Shown: positions 1 through 12,400 of the stretch, one piece after another | Layout of the letters: each line of letters opens with the position of its first letter | Position numbering within the stretch: position 1 is the first letter of the stretch | Assembly: GCA_035221665.1 (NCBI GenBank) | Contig: CM069143.1 | Span: 46,748,001-46,812,000, forward strand | Length of the DNA: 64,000 nucleotides | Direction: 5' to 3' | DNA from: Okamejei kenojei | Taxonomy: Eukaryota | Position numbers and translations under genes: made by a program | Notes under the pieces: generated by a model | Databases searched by the model: none | Seen by the model: only the letters and a program-made list of their open reading frames with translations | Told to the model about the DNA's origin: nothing

Positions 1-918
1 GTCCATATCCAGTAATTCATGCGGAGACAGTTTCCTGGCTGGATACCTGTCCTCATCTAGCAATTCATGCTGGGACAGTTTCCGGGGTGGATATCTGTCC
101 GTATTTGGCAATTCATGCTGGGATAGTTTCCAGAATTGATATCTGTCTATATCCGGCAATTCATGGTAGGACAGTTTCCGAGGTGGATATCTATCCGCGT
201 CTTGCAACTCGTGCTGGGACAGCTTCCGGGGTGGATACCTGTCTATATCCGGCAATTCATGGTGGGATAGTTTCCGGGATGGGTAACTGTTTATATCTGG
301 CAATTCATGGTGGGATAGTTTCCGGGGTGGGTAACTGTCCATGTATGTCAACTCGTGCTGGGACAGTTGTCTGGGTGGATAGCTCTCCATATCTATCAAT
401 CCGTGCTGGGACAATTTCCTGGGTGGATATCTGCCCACATCTGATAATTCGTGCTGGGACAGTTTTCGTGGTAGAATCTTGTCTGTATCTGGCAATTCGT
501 GTTGGCCCAGACTCCGAGATCGGTACCTATTCATATTTGTCAATTCACGTTCAGGTGATTTCTGGGGCTGTAACATATCCAAATCTGGCAACTCATGCTG
601 GGGCACTTTTTGGAACTGGTACTTTTCCAAATCCTCCAATTCATGATGGGGTAGTTTCCTGGTCTGGGAATTTTCAAAATCTGGTAATTCACATTGCGAT
701 ATTTTCTGGCCCTTTTCAAAATTCTCCAATTCACATCGAGGTGGTTTCTTGAATTGGAACTTGTCTGAAACTGGCAGTTCATGCTGAGACAAGTTCCTAG
801 ATTGGTGCGATTCCAAATCTGATGTGCTATGTTGCAATTGTGTTGGGGACTGTTGTTTTCCCAAATCTTTTATTTCATGCTGAGACAGTTTCTGCAATCT
901 GTATTTCTCCAGGTTTGG
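1..918 (-). repeat. Coding 48-bp (16-aa) tandem repeat, at least 19 units, consensus PD(I/T)DRYPPRKLSQHEL
   Basis: Plus-strand unit gcaattcatgctgggacagtttccggggtggatatctgtccgtatttg recurs every 48 nt. Minus-strand translation gives 19 complete units (one of 14 aa) plus a partial unit at the edge. Confidence 0.95.
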
Positions 919-1276
919 TGGTGGAGGTCTCTGTGGTGGAGGATTTTTCTTTTTTTTGTTGGTAGATAAATCATCATGCCTACATGCTTCAAAATCATGT
1001 GAGACACGTTTCTCTCCTTCAAACTTTCTCAATACAGTAGGTGATTCGCAACCAATATCTTCGCCGGTACAATTGCAGACAACTTCACTTTGGGGAGCGT
1101 GTGCGGAGTATGCAGGATAAGGCAAAGACAATGCAGTAGATGGGCTGGGTGTCTCCAAAGAGCTTTCCTGTTTTGATTTCCTTGGCAATTTATTCCACTC
1201 ATCCTCGAGATTCCCTTTTGACTTGGATTCAGAAGGTGCTTCTTGCACACTGCTTACACACTGTATCTTTGTTTCT
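1..1276 (-). CDS. SHROOM4: SHROOM4 coding exon (about exon 6 equivalent), runs off the left window edge; contains a 16-aa tandem repeat
   Basis: Acceptor tttttcag|A at 1277/1276 on the minus strand. Frame is open for 425 codons from 1275 to 1 (ETKIQCVSSVQEAPSESK...KKKNPPPQRPPPPNLEKYRLQKLSQHE...). PPPQRPPPPNLEKYRL matches the recalled SHROOM4 motif PPPRPPPPNWEKYRL. Phase 2 fits the upstream 65-nt exon (AG+A = Arg). Probably absent from the ORF track because it has no stop within the window. Confidence 0.9.
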
Positions 1277-1894
1277 CTGAAAAATACCAAATATTAATGT
1301 GATGTGTTCAAATATTTTGTTAAGAGTTACATACAATGCATATTTTGTGTTGCTTTTCCATGCTATTATTTAATAAAACATGCATGCATGTTCAATAATT
1401 GGTAAAATCTACTAAGAGGGGTGTATAGGTGAGTGAGCGAACGCAGTAGGGCAGAAGGCAGAGGGACACTCTGGAGAGTATGAACCAAACATCAGTGATT
1501 GGCAATATTCTACATCCTTATTAAAAAGGTGCAGTAACAGGACACTTAAATAGTATAACTATGTCTCTATATTCATTGTTGTCCCTCATTTTATTCCCAT
1601 CTAATATTGTGCTGGTTCCTTCTTTATTATCCTTGAACTCTGTACATTTTATTTATTTTATCAATTACAGTAAGCTATATATTAACCCTGCTGCCAATTT
1701 GATTGGAAAAGTTTACAGTAAATTGGAAAGGCTATGTGCACAATCATATTAGCAACAGATAAGAGGAAGAGTGTAACTAAGGAGTAGCTATGGGATAGTA
1801 ATTGTGAAAGTGGTAGCACAGTAGCAAGTGGGAGTAGAGAAGGAAGCAAGTAGAATTCTACTAATGGGAACAGCTAAAAAAAAAAGGGTTTGCC

Positions 1895-2075
1895 ACTGGC
1901 TCAGCCATCAGCGCTGCTGTTAAACAGTTCTAGTGACTGGGTCAATCCTATATGCCGTCTGTGTGAATTTTGCAGAATCTTGCTGTGACTGCATGTGTCT
2001 TCTCCAATTTCCTCCTACATCTCCAAAGATGTGTTGGTTGGTAGGTTAATTGACTGCTGAAAATTGCCCCTGGTA
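1895..2075 (+). mobile_element. Degraded tRNA-derived V-SINE (HE1-like)
   Basis: Residual similarity to the copy at 18515 (gtctgtgtgaattttgca..., tttcctcctacatctccaaagatgtg, taggttaattgactgctgaaattgcccc). Confidence 0.55.
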
Positions 2076-2625
2076 TAAATATGGGACAGGTGATTCAGGG
2101 AACATCATGCGTTTGAAAATTGGTTACAGGAAATAATTGGGGTAATGTATCTGATGGGAAAGGTCAGAGTTGGCGTGATAGGTCAACAGGCGAATGCAAA
2201 TACAAAATAAGAAATCCTTTGAGGGATACCAAAAATGGGTCAGTGCATTTTTCAAAGCACAAAGTGCGCTGGATACTGCATTTACAAATAAAAACGTGGG
2301 CTTATGATACAGTTGTGATAAATGAAATATAAAATTCCCTGGATTAGTAGATAGTTTTGTATCTGTTTTATCAGTCGGCTAATTGCTTATTATCAGGAGT
2401 CTTTAGCCTCAGTGCTGGATCTTTGATGATGGACACTTGAAAACTGGGAGGGTACATGTCAAACAATTTGATTATTAAACTATGCCTGTCTTGAGGAAGG
2501 GGACATTCAGCAACATTCCTGTAAATCCAACATCACAAACACGGTGTGTATAACTTGTCAAATTAAGCCATGTGCTAAGTAAGGAAGAATGAAGACATTC
2601 TGTGGAATTAGTCACTAACTCCTAC

Positions 2626-2690
2626 CTTTCTGGTGAAGAAAACTTCCTGTTTATTATCTCAATCAGATCCAGTTTTTCCACCGGATATCC
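2626..2690 (-). CDS. SHROOM4: SHROOM4 short coding exon (65 nt, about exon 5 equivalent): GYPVEKLDLIEIINRKFSSPE(R)
   Basis: ttctttgcag|GGA...GAAAG|gtagg. Phase 0 in and phase 2 out, exactly bridging the 14418 donor and the 1276 acceptor. Peptide resembles the recalled mammalian EFPGDKWNPITGNRKTSQSGR. Confidence 0.88.
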
Positions 2691-3446
2691 CTGCAAAGAA
2701 GAGTGTCCGTCAGTACAAAGAAACATCCGCAGTCCTATTTACAGCACAGTTGGAAAACACATCAGCAATGTCTTGGATTTACTCTTGGTAGCTCAAGTGG
2801 AGCCAGTTTCCTTAATTAGCAACTAAAGTAAATACCTCACAATGACTGGGTTGGGTTTGTGGAACTTGGAAAAAAGAATCATTGCAGTGCAGAACTAAAT
2901 GGTGGACTGTATTAAAAATATACTCCAACCTGCCATTTAATGACTGCCCGGTTGAAAAGCATCTCAGTTCCAGCATTGTCACCCTCTACTTTTTGGACAA
3001 GTTCTTTATTGCAGATTTATTTATTTTACCCCGACTCAGATGCACATGGACAAATAAGTTCTCAAAATGTAGTTGAAAAAATATAATGTCTTTGATACTG
3101 TTTTTCTTCATAATATTTCCCTTCTTAATGCTGGTGGCTGAGATTGTAGTGACATTTCATAAACATTGATGCTCTTGGCCATTTAATGGATAATCCAGGT
3201 AGGGTGTACCTGAGGTGGAAGCGCTATCATTTATCATCGGAAAAGAAGCAACTTATTTTGACATCTGAAGACATGCCTACAGCAGAAAACCCTGTGACCA
3301 AAAAAAAAGATGGTAGATACAAAACTGCAGTATCAGCAGCTTCTTGACAGCCACAACATGCACTGGTTCTTCAGCACTGCTAAAGCCATTCACAGTCCCA
3401 ACATGTAATCTCTCAGCCCATTGAGAGACAAGTAGTTGAAGGGAAA

Positions 3447-3480
<34 letters not shown>

Positions 3481-3539
3481 TTCAGGTTCAGAGAGGCGTC
3501 AATACCTGGTGGAAGGTACACCTCCTCAACTGTGACACT

Positions 3540-4125
3540 GTGCTGGAGATACTCACAAGACTCCATCCCCCAGTAGCCCATTTGGTCCAGCCTTGCTGTT
3601 GTCTCACCACAAGTCAAGCCGACCATAAAACATTTAGAAATAACAAGCCCGTGGAGCAGACGGTATCACTGCTGAAATCTTAAAACTCAGCAGTGAAAAG
3701 CTTCATTGCAAATCTACAATCACATCGCCAATATCTAGAAAGAGGAAAATATATCCCAGAACCTTAGATCTTCAAGAAAGGAGACCAGCAAGTACAAAAG
3801 GGTCTACCTGCTGTCTGACACAAAGGACATTAGTCATTGCCAGGTAGATAAAAATGCTGGAGAAACTCAGCGGGTGAGGCAGCATCTATGGAGCGAAGGA
3901 ATAGGTGATGTTTCGGGTCGAGACCATTGCCAGGGTCTTCCTCAACCACCGCTTCCCAGTGGTCGAAGAGCTGTTCCTTAAATCACAGCCTGAATTCTGT
4001 CTATTGACAACACTGAGGAAAGTGCAGAGAGCAGCACCAGCCACCAAACATGTCCTTTTTTTGAAGTCACTAAAACCCTCAACTTCATGATTCATAAGGG
4101 ACTATGAAATATCCAAGTCAGATTT
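3540..4125 (+). mobile_element. Degraded RTE-clade LINE reverse-transcriptase fragment, interrupted by a Penelope-derived element
   Basis: Remnants of KAPGADGI.AEILK near 3645-3690 and IARVFLNHRFPVVEELFLKSQ (ORF 3905-4090), similar to RTE IARVLLNRL..AEE.LPESQ. Appears to resume at about 5225-5290. Confidence 0.6.
3843..3925 (-). mobile_element. Penelope-derived short element (single arm, hammerhead truncated)
   Basis: Reverse complement of ggtctcgacccgaaacatcacctattccttcgctccatagatgctgcctcacccgctgagtttctccagcattttt; near-identical to 17099-17182. Confidence 0.7.
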
Positions 4126-4239
4126 AACTATCCAAAAGTGTATATAGCATATGCTCATACATAGAGTACATGAGTATATAGCACGGAGACAGGCCCTCTC
4201 GGCCTTCCAGTCCGTGTAGCCCGGACACCACCAGTGCGA

Positions 4240-5006
4240 AACTCCAATCAAGTTCGCCGACCACCAACTGTTCTAGTGGGACGAACTCACTGATGTGTCC
4301 TGAGTATAGAAGTGAGATCGACTGATTGACCAAATGGTGCCAGCACAACAACCTGGCCTTTCTTAACACCAGCAAAAACAAGATCCCTGAGGCTGATTGT
4401 GGACTTTTGAAGAGGTAGGATAGGGACCCACAATCCCGTTTATATCCCGTTTATATCAAGGTGGAAAGGGTCAAGAACTTCAAATTCCTGGGCGTGCATA
4501 TTTCTGAAGATCTTGCATCACATTGATGCAATCATAAAGAAAGCACATCAGCGCCTCTACTTCCTGAGAATATTAAGGAGAGTCGGTATGTCAAGAGGAC
4601 TCTCTCAAACTTCTACAGGTGCACAGTAGAGAGCATACTGACTGGTTGCATTGTGGCTTGGTTCAGTAACTTGAACATCCAGGAGCGGAAAAGATTGCAG
4701 AAAGTTGTGACCATTGCCCAGTCCATCATTGGCTCTGACCTCCCCACCATCAAAGGGATCTATCGCAGTCGCCGCCTCAAAAAGGCTGCCAACAGCATCA
4801 AAGACCCACACCATCCTGGCCACACACTCATCTCTCCGTTGTCATCGGGAAGGAGGTACAGGAGGTTGAAATCTGGAACATCCAGGTTCAGGAACAGCTT
4901 CTTCCCCACAGCCATCAGGCTATTAAACTCGCCATCAGGCTATTAAACTCGCCATCAAACAAACTCTGAACAATAACAGCCTAGTGCACTTTATCTGTTT
5001 ATTTAT

Positions 5007-5091
<85 letters not shown>

Positions 5092-5220
5092 TCTATGGTA
5101 TATAGACACACTGAACTTTTATCTCCTGTTCCGTATTATGTTTACATATTCTGTTGTGCTGCAGCATGCAAAAGTTTCTTGTCCTATCTGGGACACATGA
5201 CAATAAAACTCTCTTGACGC
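4240..5220 (+). mobile_element. Rex1/Babar-type LINE, 3' part
   Basis: Frameshifted RT C-terminus, then VESILTGCIVAWF...KRLQKVV...IKDPHHPGH.L..PL.SGRRYR...TSRFRNSFFPTAIRLLN (ORF 4653-4946). 3' tail cacatgacaataaaactctcttgac. Confidence 0.85.
5008..5088. repeat. (TA)n/(TG)n microsatellite in the Rex 3' UTR
   Basis: Read directly from the sequence. Confidence 0.95.
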
Positions 5221-5307
5221 TTGAAAGAAATTCATCTCCATCTTATATTTTCTTCACAATAAAATGCAAGTCGAGATACTAATTAACAGGTCTACAATAG
5301 AAAGACA

Positions 5308-5520
5308 AAGAACTGTAGATACTGATTAATACGCAAAAAGACACAAAGTGCTGACGTAACTCAGCAGGTCAGGCAGCATCTCTGGAGAACATGGATAGGT
5401 AATGTTTCCATCCGACACACCTTCTTCAGACGCTGAAGAGTCTGAGGAAGGGTCTCATATCAATCCATCCGTTCTCCAGAGATGCTGCCTGACCTGCTGT
5501 TACTCCAGCACTGTGTCCCT
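5308..5520. mobile_element. Penelope-derived foldback element with degenerate hammerhead cores
   Basis: Left arm ...cagcaggtcaggcagcatctctggagaac...cttcttcagac and inverted right arm tctgaggaagggtctc...gttctccagagatgctgcctgacctgctg. Confidence 0.7.
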
Positions 5521-5539
5521 TTAGGTCTACAACAGAACC

Positions 5540-6150
5540 ATCCAAGTGAGATTGGACTCAAACAAGTCATCGCCCCTGCACTTTTCTCAAATTTTCTGCT
5601 GCAATATTGATCTGGGAGGACATTGCCAGTAAACGTTGAGTTTTGTACCTCTCCACCAACAAACTCCCCTGGGACTGGAGCTGATCTCCAGAACCAACAT
5701 GAAGCTGATGGCAAAAACATTCCAGAACCAAGGTCATCTGATTCTCAGCCATGTAGATACAGGATGCAGACAATGCCTGTGTGTGCACTTGGAGAACAAG
5801 CTCTAAAATATCACTGTTTGGTTCACCAAAGCTAATGAGGGGATGGGCTTTGCACTCTACATTCACAAGACTAGGATTCTCTACCAACCTGCATGACACT
5901 GACCTGTGACAGAAGGCTCATAGCTACACTCTGGAAAACAAGACTACTTCACACTTCTTGAGTGCCATCGCTCAGTGAAGGCAAACTTTGAAGGCGAGGT
6001 CCATTAAAGTGCCAGTGCCGTCTGTGGTCAACTGACGAAAAGGGTCCTTGAAGACCAAGGTACAAAACTCAACGTTTACTGGCAATGTCCTCCCAGATCA
6101 GCGATTGGAATAAAATGACTGCATTGATGCTGAAGATGTTGGCCATGATC
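5540..6150 (+). mobile_element. Degraded LINE 3' fragment (RTE-like)
   Basis: Decayed LINE C-terminal-like sequence. An internal segment (tgccagtaaacgttgagttttgtac, about 5625) has an inverted copy at about 6060-6085. Confidence 0.4.
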
Positions 6151-6949
6151 ATTGCCCTCCTCTGTGTTTCACATCCTCCGTTTTTTATGATGGCAACGGA
6201 GAGGCAAATTTCTTGTATGTGAATACTTGGCCAATAAACTTACTTACTTACTTACACCTCGCCCACCTATAGCAGGCATTTCAACGCAACAAAAAAAAAA
6301 CACCAAAAATCTACCAAGTTCACTAAAAAGATCAACAAACCAATGTCAATATCCTCTTCTGGACCATCATCCTCTGCAACAAGATCCAAATTATTTTTGA
6401 ATGAAAACACCAAGACGGAACATTACTCCATGCCCGACACTACACTCTATCAAGCTCTGATATGGGAGGATGCTACCAGTGAACTGAAAAAATAATTTAA
6501 GTCTCTTTGAAGACATTCAATATTCCACAATATCTCTCTGATTCCAGGCTGCTCAAAGTGGGACGGACAATTAAGGATGGTATTAGGCTCTTTGCGGTCA
6601 TGCATCAAACTACCTAGAAGCCAAGCGCAAATGACAGAAGGAACATACCACCTCATCTACCCTCAGCCACCCCTCAAACCTCTCCCACCACCTTCTCAGC
6701 CATTAGGTGGGAACTTGCAGAAGTCAACTGGATAGCATAGGCGGGAACTTACAGAAGTCAACTAGATGAAACTGTTTGCAATCAAAGGGACGTCTGGCAA
6801 CTGGGATGCTTTAAAAGTATGATGCTGAGGAGTTTAGGGGCAGCATTCTCCTGTTAGGGAGAAGGGCAAGACAGGCATGTTGAAGGAACGTTGCTTCATC
6901 AGAGATATTGAGACTTTGGACTGAGGAGCAGGCATACATCAGGTTTAGG

Positions 6950-7200
6950 CAGATGGGATTAAGCAAATACCTTGATGAGTATAAGGAGAAAAAGGCATGA
7001 GATAGATCTGGTAGCGAAGGTAAAGGAAAATCCAAAGAGATTCTACATCTATATGAACAGTAAAGGATGGTTTAGAAGAAAATGGGTCCTGCTAAAGATC
7101 AGTATAGCTGTCTATGCACAGGAGGAGGGGAGATATTAAATAAATATTTTCATGTTTTTATCATGGAGAAGTTTAGCGAAGCCAAGAAATTGAGACATAA
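6950..7200 (+). mobile_element. Degraded internal CR1 fragment
   Basis: aaggtaaaggaaaatccaaagagattctac... parallels the CR1 segment at 42060-42200. Confidence 0.55.
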
Positions 7201-7504
7201 GTTTTGATGTATGGATCATGAATTGCCAAGATCCTTGAAGGGCAATGAAAAAAAAATTTTTTTTTTGGGGTTAGAAATGCATCAAAATTTGACTCATTTC
7301 TCACTCAGTTCACATGCAGCATGTTGTTTGATTTCCCAGGGAGAAGCAAGTTATGTTGGACCCTATGGAATAATGTAGCGAAAGAGTGATGTAAATCTAC
7401 ACTTCAGCAAAATAAAACAATAAATGGCAGAGAAATGTAACATTTTACCCTTTAGTCTAGTATAGACGGCACAATGCCAATGAGTTATACCACACGACTA
7501 CTAA

Positions 7505-8020
7505 GGGGCTTCCCACTTGGGCAACCTAATTAGCGAGTTTAGAAGAGTTTAGTAGAGTTTGAAAAAATGTCATGTTGAAGACCTCCTTCGACTATGTAGA
7601 AGACCTCCTTCAACTATGTTGAAGACTAACTTCGACTCGCTACGACTAACTTCGGGAAAATTGGGCACTGAATAGTGGAAAGTGAAGACGACCTCCTTCG
7701 ATCTCCTTCGACCTCCCTTCGACTATGATGAAGACTATCTACGATTACCTTCGATTTCCCTCGATTACCTACGACTAACATGCCGACCTACTACGACAAA
7801 ACTTACGAGTAAAAAAAGTATCGATTTTTTTCCATGACGACCTTTTTTTTTACTCGCAGGCATTTTTCAACATGTTGAAAAATACGCCGCGACCTAGCTG
7901 AGGCCTTGAGTTCACGGGGACTACTCTCGAGCATGAAGGAGAGTTACAAAGACATCCTACGACCTCGTGTCGACCATGCTGAGAGTATGAGTCGTGGTCA
8001 AACTCGCCAGAACTCGCGGG
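7505..8020. mobile_element. Non-autonomous PIF/Harbinger-type DNA transposon, right TIR lost
   Basis: TAA followed by ggggcttcccact...acctaat resembles the TIR of the 57938 MITE. Shares cgaccatgctg.gagta.gagtc...caaactcg.cag with it. Many (T/C)T(A/T)CGAC motifs. Confidence 0.65.
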
Positions 8021-8669
8021 TTATATTAACCAGAAATCCTCATAGCAACTTTAATGCAATTATTTTCAACGTTCAACTGAATTACTGTCTGAAACCCTAT
8101 TTCTCTGTTTGTTAGAATCCATGCAATCCATTGCAAGAATTCAGCATGACAGTCATAGCTTCCTTTCCGTATTTTACTTTCTTTGGGCCTAACAGTTGCA
8201 TTCCATTGCTAGGAGTTACTTACTGGAAAAGGAAATGATTCAAATTCAGACAGAGAATTGAACAGAGTGTACATGGAATTATGTACAATCATAATTTGTA
8301 AAGGAAGTTACAATACCCTCATCCATTTTGATTCAGCGTCTATGAATTTTAAGGACATCTTAATAAACAGTTCATCTTCTGGTATGGGGTGGTATGCAAC
8401 CAAGGCAGGTCAAGAAACCCAGGAGAGAGGCAGCAAAATTTGGAGCATGGATAACTGAATTGTCTGGTCTGAGGTATTTCTCTCTGTAGCTTTGCTGTAT
8501 GAACCTATTTATTTGAGCCACTCTAGCTTTGAGGAGGTTGAAAACAGTAAAAGCTGGAAGCAGTCAGTAAATCAGGCAGCATCTGAGCTGCTGAAATAGA
8601 GCTATTGTTTATGGTTGAAGACAATTGACCAGATGCTGTCTGACAAAGGATGACTGATCTGAATGTTAA

Positions 8670-8975
8670 TCCAGAACCAGGGGCCACAGTTTAAGAATAG
8701 GGATGGGCCTTTTAGAACAGATATGAGGAAAAACCTTTTCACCCAGAGAGTTGTGAATCTGTGGAATTATCTGCCTCAGAAGGCAGTGGAGGCCAATTCT
8801 CTGGATGCTTTCAAGAGAAGGTTAGATAGAGCTCTTAAAGATAGCAGAGCCAGGGGATATGGCAAGAAGGCAAGAACAGGGTACTGATTGTGAATGATCA
8901 GCCATGATCACAGTGAATGGCAGTGCTGGCTTGAAGGGCCGAATGACCTACTCCTGCACCTATTGTTTATTGTGT
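8670..8975 (+). mobile_element. CR1 LINE 3' end
   Basis: FRTDMRKNLFTQRVVNLWN.LPQKAVEA...FK..LD, followed by the CR1 3' UTR gaagggccgaatgacctactcctgcacct. Confidence 0.85.
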
Positions 8976-9454
8976 GTTAGTTTTGTATCTCCCTCAAGAT
9001 ACTGTACGTTGCTGATTGATTCCAGCATTTGGGGATTATTGCATATGGTTACTAAAGCAATAAAATGAGAATGGCAAATCAACACTGAAAATAAAGTGGA
9101 TGCAATAAGAGGAGCAACATAAAGGGACCGTTAATGGAAGAAAGTCGCAATTAACAATTAATATTTTATGGACAAATGGCATAAATTAAAAAAATCAAGA
9201 TGTGATTTAGGGTGCTCATTCCACAGCAGCTCAGTGGGTGGCCTGCATGGTGATTTTACTTTCTTAGAAGATGGGGGACAATTAGCATGTCGCTGAATAT
9301 ACCATCGAACAGGTGTATAGTAGAGAGCGCACTGACTGGTTGCATCACGGCCTGCATCTAAACCCCTCCCTAGTTGCATTAGTAATATTACTCAATCTAT
9401 CTATCTATCGGGATAAGGAAACTAATTAGAATAATAGAGGTAAAAGTGGACACT

Positions 9455-12400
9455 CAACCCCCAAATATTAAATGATAAGGCTTGTTATGATTACTTGGTA
9501 AAACAGATTAAATTATTTTTTGAAACTAATGACAAACCTGGAATTTCACCATCACTGCTTTGGGATACATTTAAAGCATTTATGCATGGTGCGATAATAT
9601 CAGCACACGCATACTTTAATAAGGAAAATCGAAAGACTCAAAAGTTGGAAAATGAAATAAAACAATTAGATATTGAAAATGCAATATCCCCTTCAAAGGG
9701 GCTAAGTAATAAAATTGCATCATTAAAATATAAGCTAAATAAAATATATTCAAATCAGATTATTAAACTTTTTCAACAGACTAAACAAGTACACTTTGAA
9801 TTTGGGGATAAACCACAAAAATTACTGGCACGCCAGCTTAGAAAATTAGATGAGGAGAAAATGATACATAAAATTAGATTTGAACAAGGAGAAATATTGA
9901 CTTTACCAAAAGATATCAATGATACATTTTTACAATATTATCAAAATCTTTACTCATCTAAACTAGCAGGACAATCAAATGGAATGGAAACATTCCTACA
10001 AGAATGTCATATTAATAGTTTGGATCAGGAAGGTAGACACTTGTTAAATGCTGATATATCAGTAAAAGATATTGAAGAATCAATTGGATCATTAAATAAT
10101 GGAAAAGCCGCAGGCCCTGATGGCTTAAGTGTTGAATTTTATAAGAAGTTTTATGATCTGATCTCTCCACGTTTACATATAATGTATAAATATGCTTATG
10201 AACAAGGAAAGTTACCAGAATCATTAAATGAATCTACAATTACACTTATCCCTAAAGCTGATAAAGATTTGGAAGACCCTGGGTCATACAGAGCAATAGC
10301 TCTTTTAAACACTGATCAAAAAATACTAACTAAATTTTTATCTCAGAGGCTAAGTTTAGTGATTAATAACTTAATACATCATGACCAAACAGGTTTTATC
10401 CCAAAACGCTATTCATCTTATAATCTGAGACGTCTATTCAATATCATATACTCAAAAAGAGTGAATGATATTGAACTAGCTGTCATATCCTTAGATGCTG
10501 AAAAAGCATTTGACCAGGTTGAATGGCCATATTTATTTAAAATAATGCAGAAATTTCAACTGGGGGATAGATTTTCCAAATGGGTAAAAATCATATACTC
10601 GAATCCAACTGCAAGAATATTAACAAATCAAATGTTATCAGCAAAATTTAATCTCTTTAGGGGTTGTAGACAAGGATGCCCGTTATCACCATTACTATTT
10701 GCTCTGGTAATAGAACCATTAGCCAAAATGATTAGATCAGAACCAGAAATATATGGATACAATACCAAAACTACAACAAATAAAATATCTTTATACGCAG
10801 ATGACATCTTAATTTATATCACAAAACCGGAGATTAATATTCCCAATCTACTTAATGTTATAACTAAGTTTGGCACATTTTCTGGGTATAGAATTAACTG
10901 GAATAAAAGTGAAATTATGCCTATAACTGGGATAAAATTAAATATATTAGAACAATTCCCACTTAAAATAGTCACGGACAAATTTAAATATCTAGGAATT
11001 AACGTATCCAAATCCTATAACTGTCTATTTAAATATAATTACCCTCAATTGTTAAATAAACTAAAAAAAGATATTTTATATTGGAAAACACTACCTATTT
11101 CAATGATCGGTAGAATAAATGCTATAAAAATGATTTTTTTTTTGCCACAATTGTTATATTTATTTCAAGCCATCCCTTTATATCTCCCTAAAATGTTTAA
11201 AAAAAAAATAGATACTTTGGTTAATAGTTTTATTTGGGACTATAAAAGTCATCGAATAAGTTAAAAACATCTATGTAAATCTAAAATAAATGGTGGACTA
11301 GCACTACCAAATTTCTTATATTATTTCTGGGCAGTTCAGATTAAGAATATGAATTTTTGGTTGGTAAATTTAGATTATGAGCCAAGCTGGCTAAAGATGG
11401 AAAAGGAAGACTTTTTGCCTTTTGATGTAGGTTCGATTCTTTTTAGTACCAAGGGAAGTACAAAAATAAACCGTATGGTGCCAACCCTATAATTTATAGC
11501 AATAGACGTATTTGGAAACAAATAGTTAAGACCCTACATATGGATAATTTGTCACTTTGTTTGCCAATTATGAATAATCCTTTGTTTAAGCCCTCTGTAT
11601 TGGACAAGGGGTTTAGACACTGGAATGATTTAGGAATTAAAAGGATAGAAAACCTTTACAAGAAAGGAAAATTATTTAATTTCAAGAGTTACAGGATATC
11701 TATGGATTGCAATCAAATAACATATTTAGGTATTTACAAATTAGAAACTATATTAAATCAAATACACAAGACTATAAAAATAGAAAACCAGGATTATTAG
11801 ATGAATTGTTTAATAAACACCCAAATACAGAAAAATTAATAGCGTATATATACACACAATACTATCTTGGATAGGGAAATCCCAACTTCGGAAATATATC
11901 GACAAACATGGGAAAATGAAATAGGTTTATCTATAACGAAGGAAACTTGGGAAGAAAGCCTACAACGTATACATCGTTGCTCATTAAATGCTAGACATAT
12001 ATTGATACAATTTAAGGTATTACACAGATTATTCAAAACGAAATTAAATAGAATTTATCCTAACATTTCTGCTATTTGTCAGAACTTGGAAGCTAATTTA
12101 ACGCATAGTTTTATAACATGTATAAAACTTAATTATTATTGGACAGAAATCTTTAGAGTAGAGTCATTTCTGAAGTTCTTAAAATTAAACTGGAGCCCAG
12201 ATCCAAAATTAATAATATTGGGAGTTCCGGATTCAAATCTAATATTACCAATAAACCAAATAAATTTCTTGGATTACTGTTTGATAATAGGGAAAAAATT
12301 AATATTGAAATTTTGGAAGGGAACATTATCCCCCATAATTAAAATGTGGACAGTGGAAATGTTGGAGACGTTGCATTTGGAAAGAATCACATTTGTCCTA

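Noticed and set aside
87-752. 221-aa plus-strand repetitive ORF
   Set aside because: Antisense shadow of the SHROOM4 coding repeat. It starts at GTG, and the minus frame carries the splice site and the conserved motif.
1-918. CRISPR-like periodic array
   Set aside because: Contiguous 48-bp units with no unique spacers, no cas genes, and a eukaryotic exon context.
8297-8358. 62-nt AG...GT-bounded candidate for the short SHROOM4 exon
   Set aside because: In-frame TAA in the required phase. 2626-2690 fits both phase and peptide.
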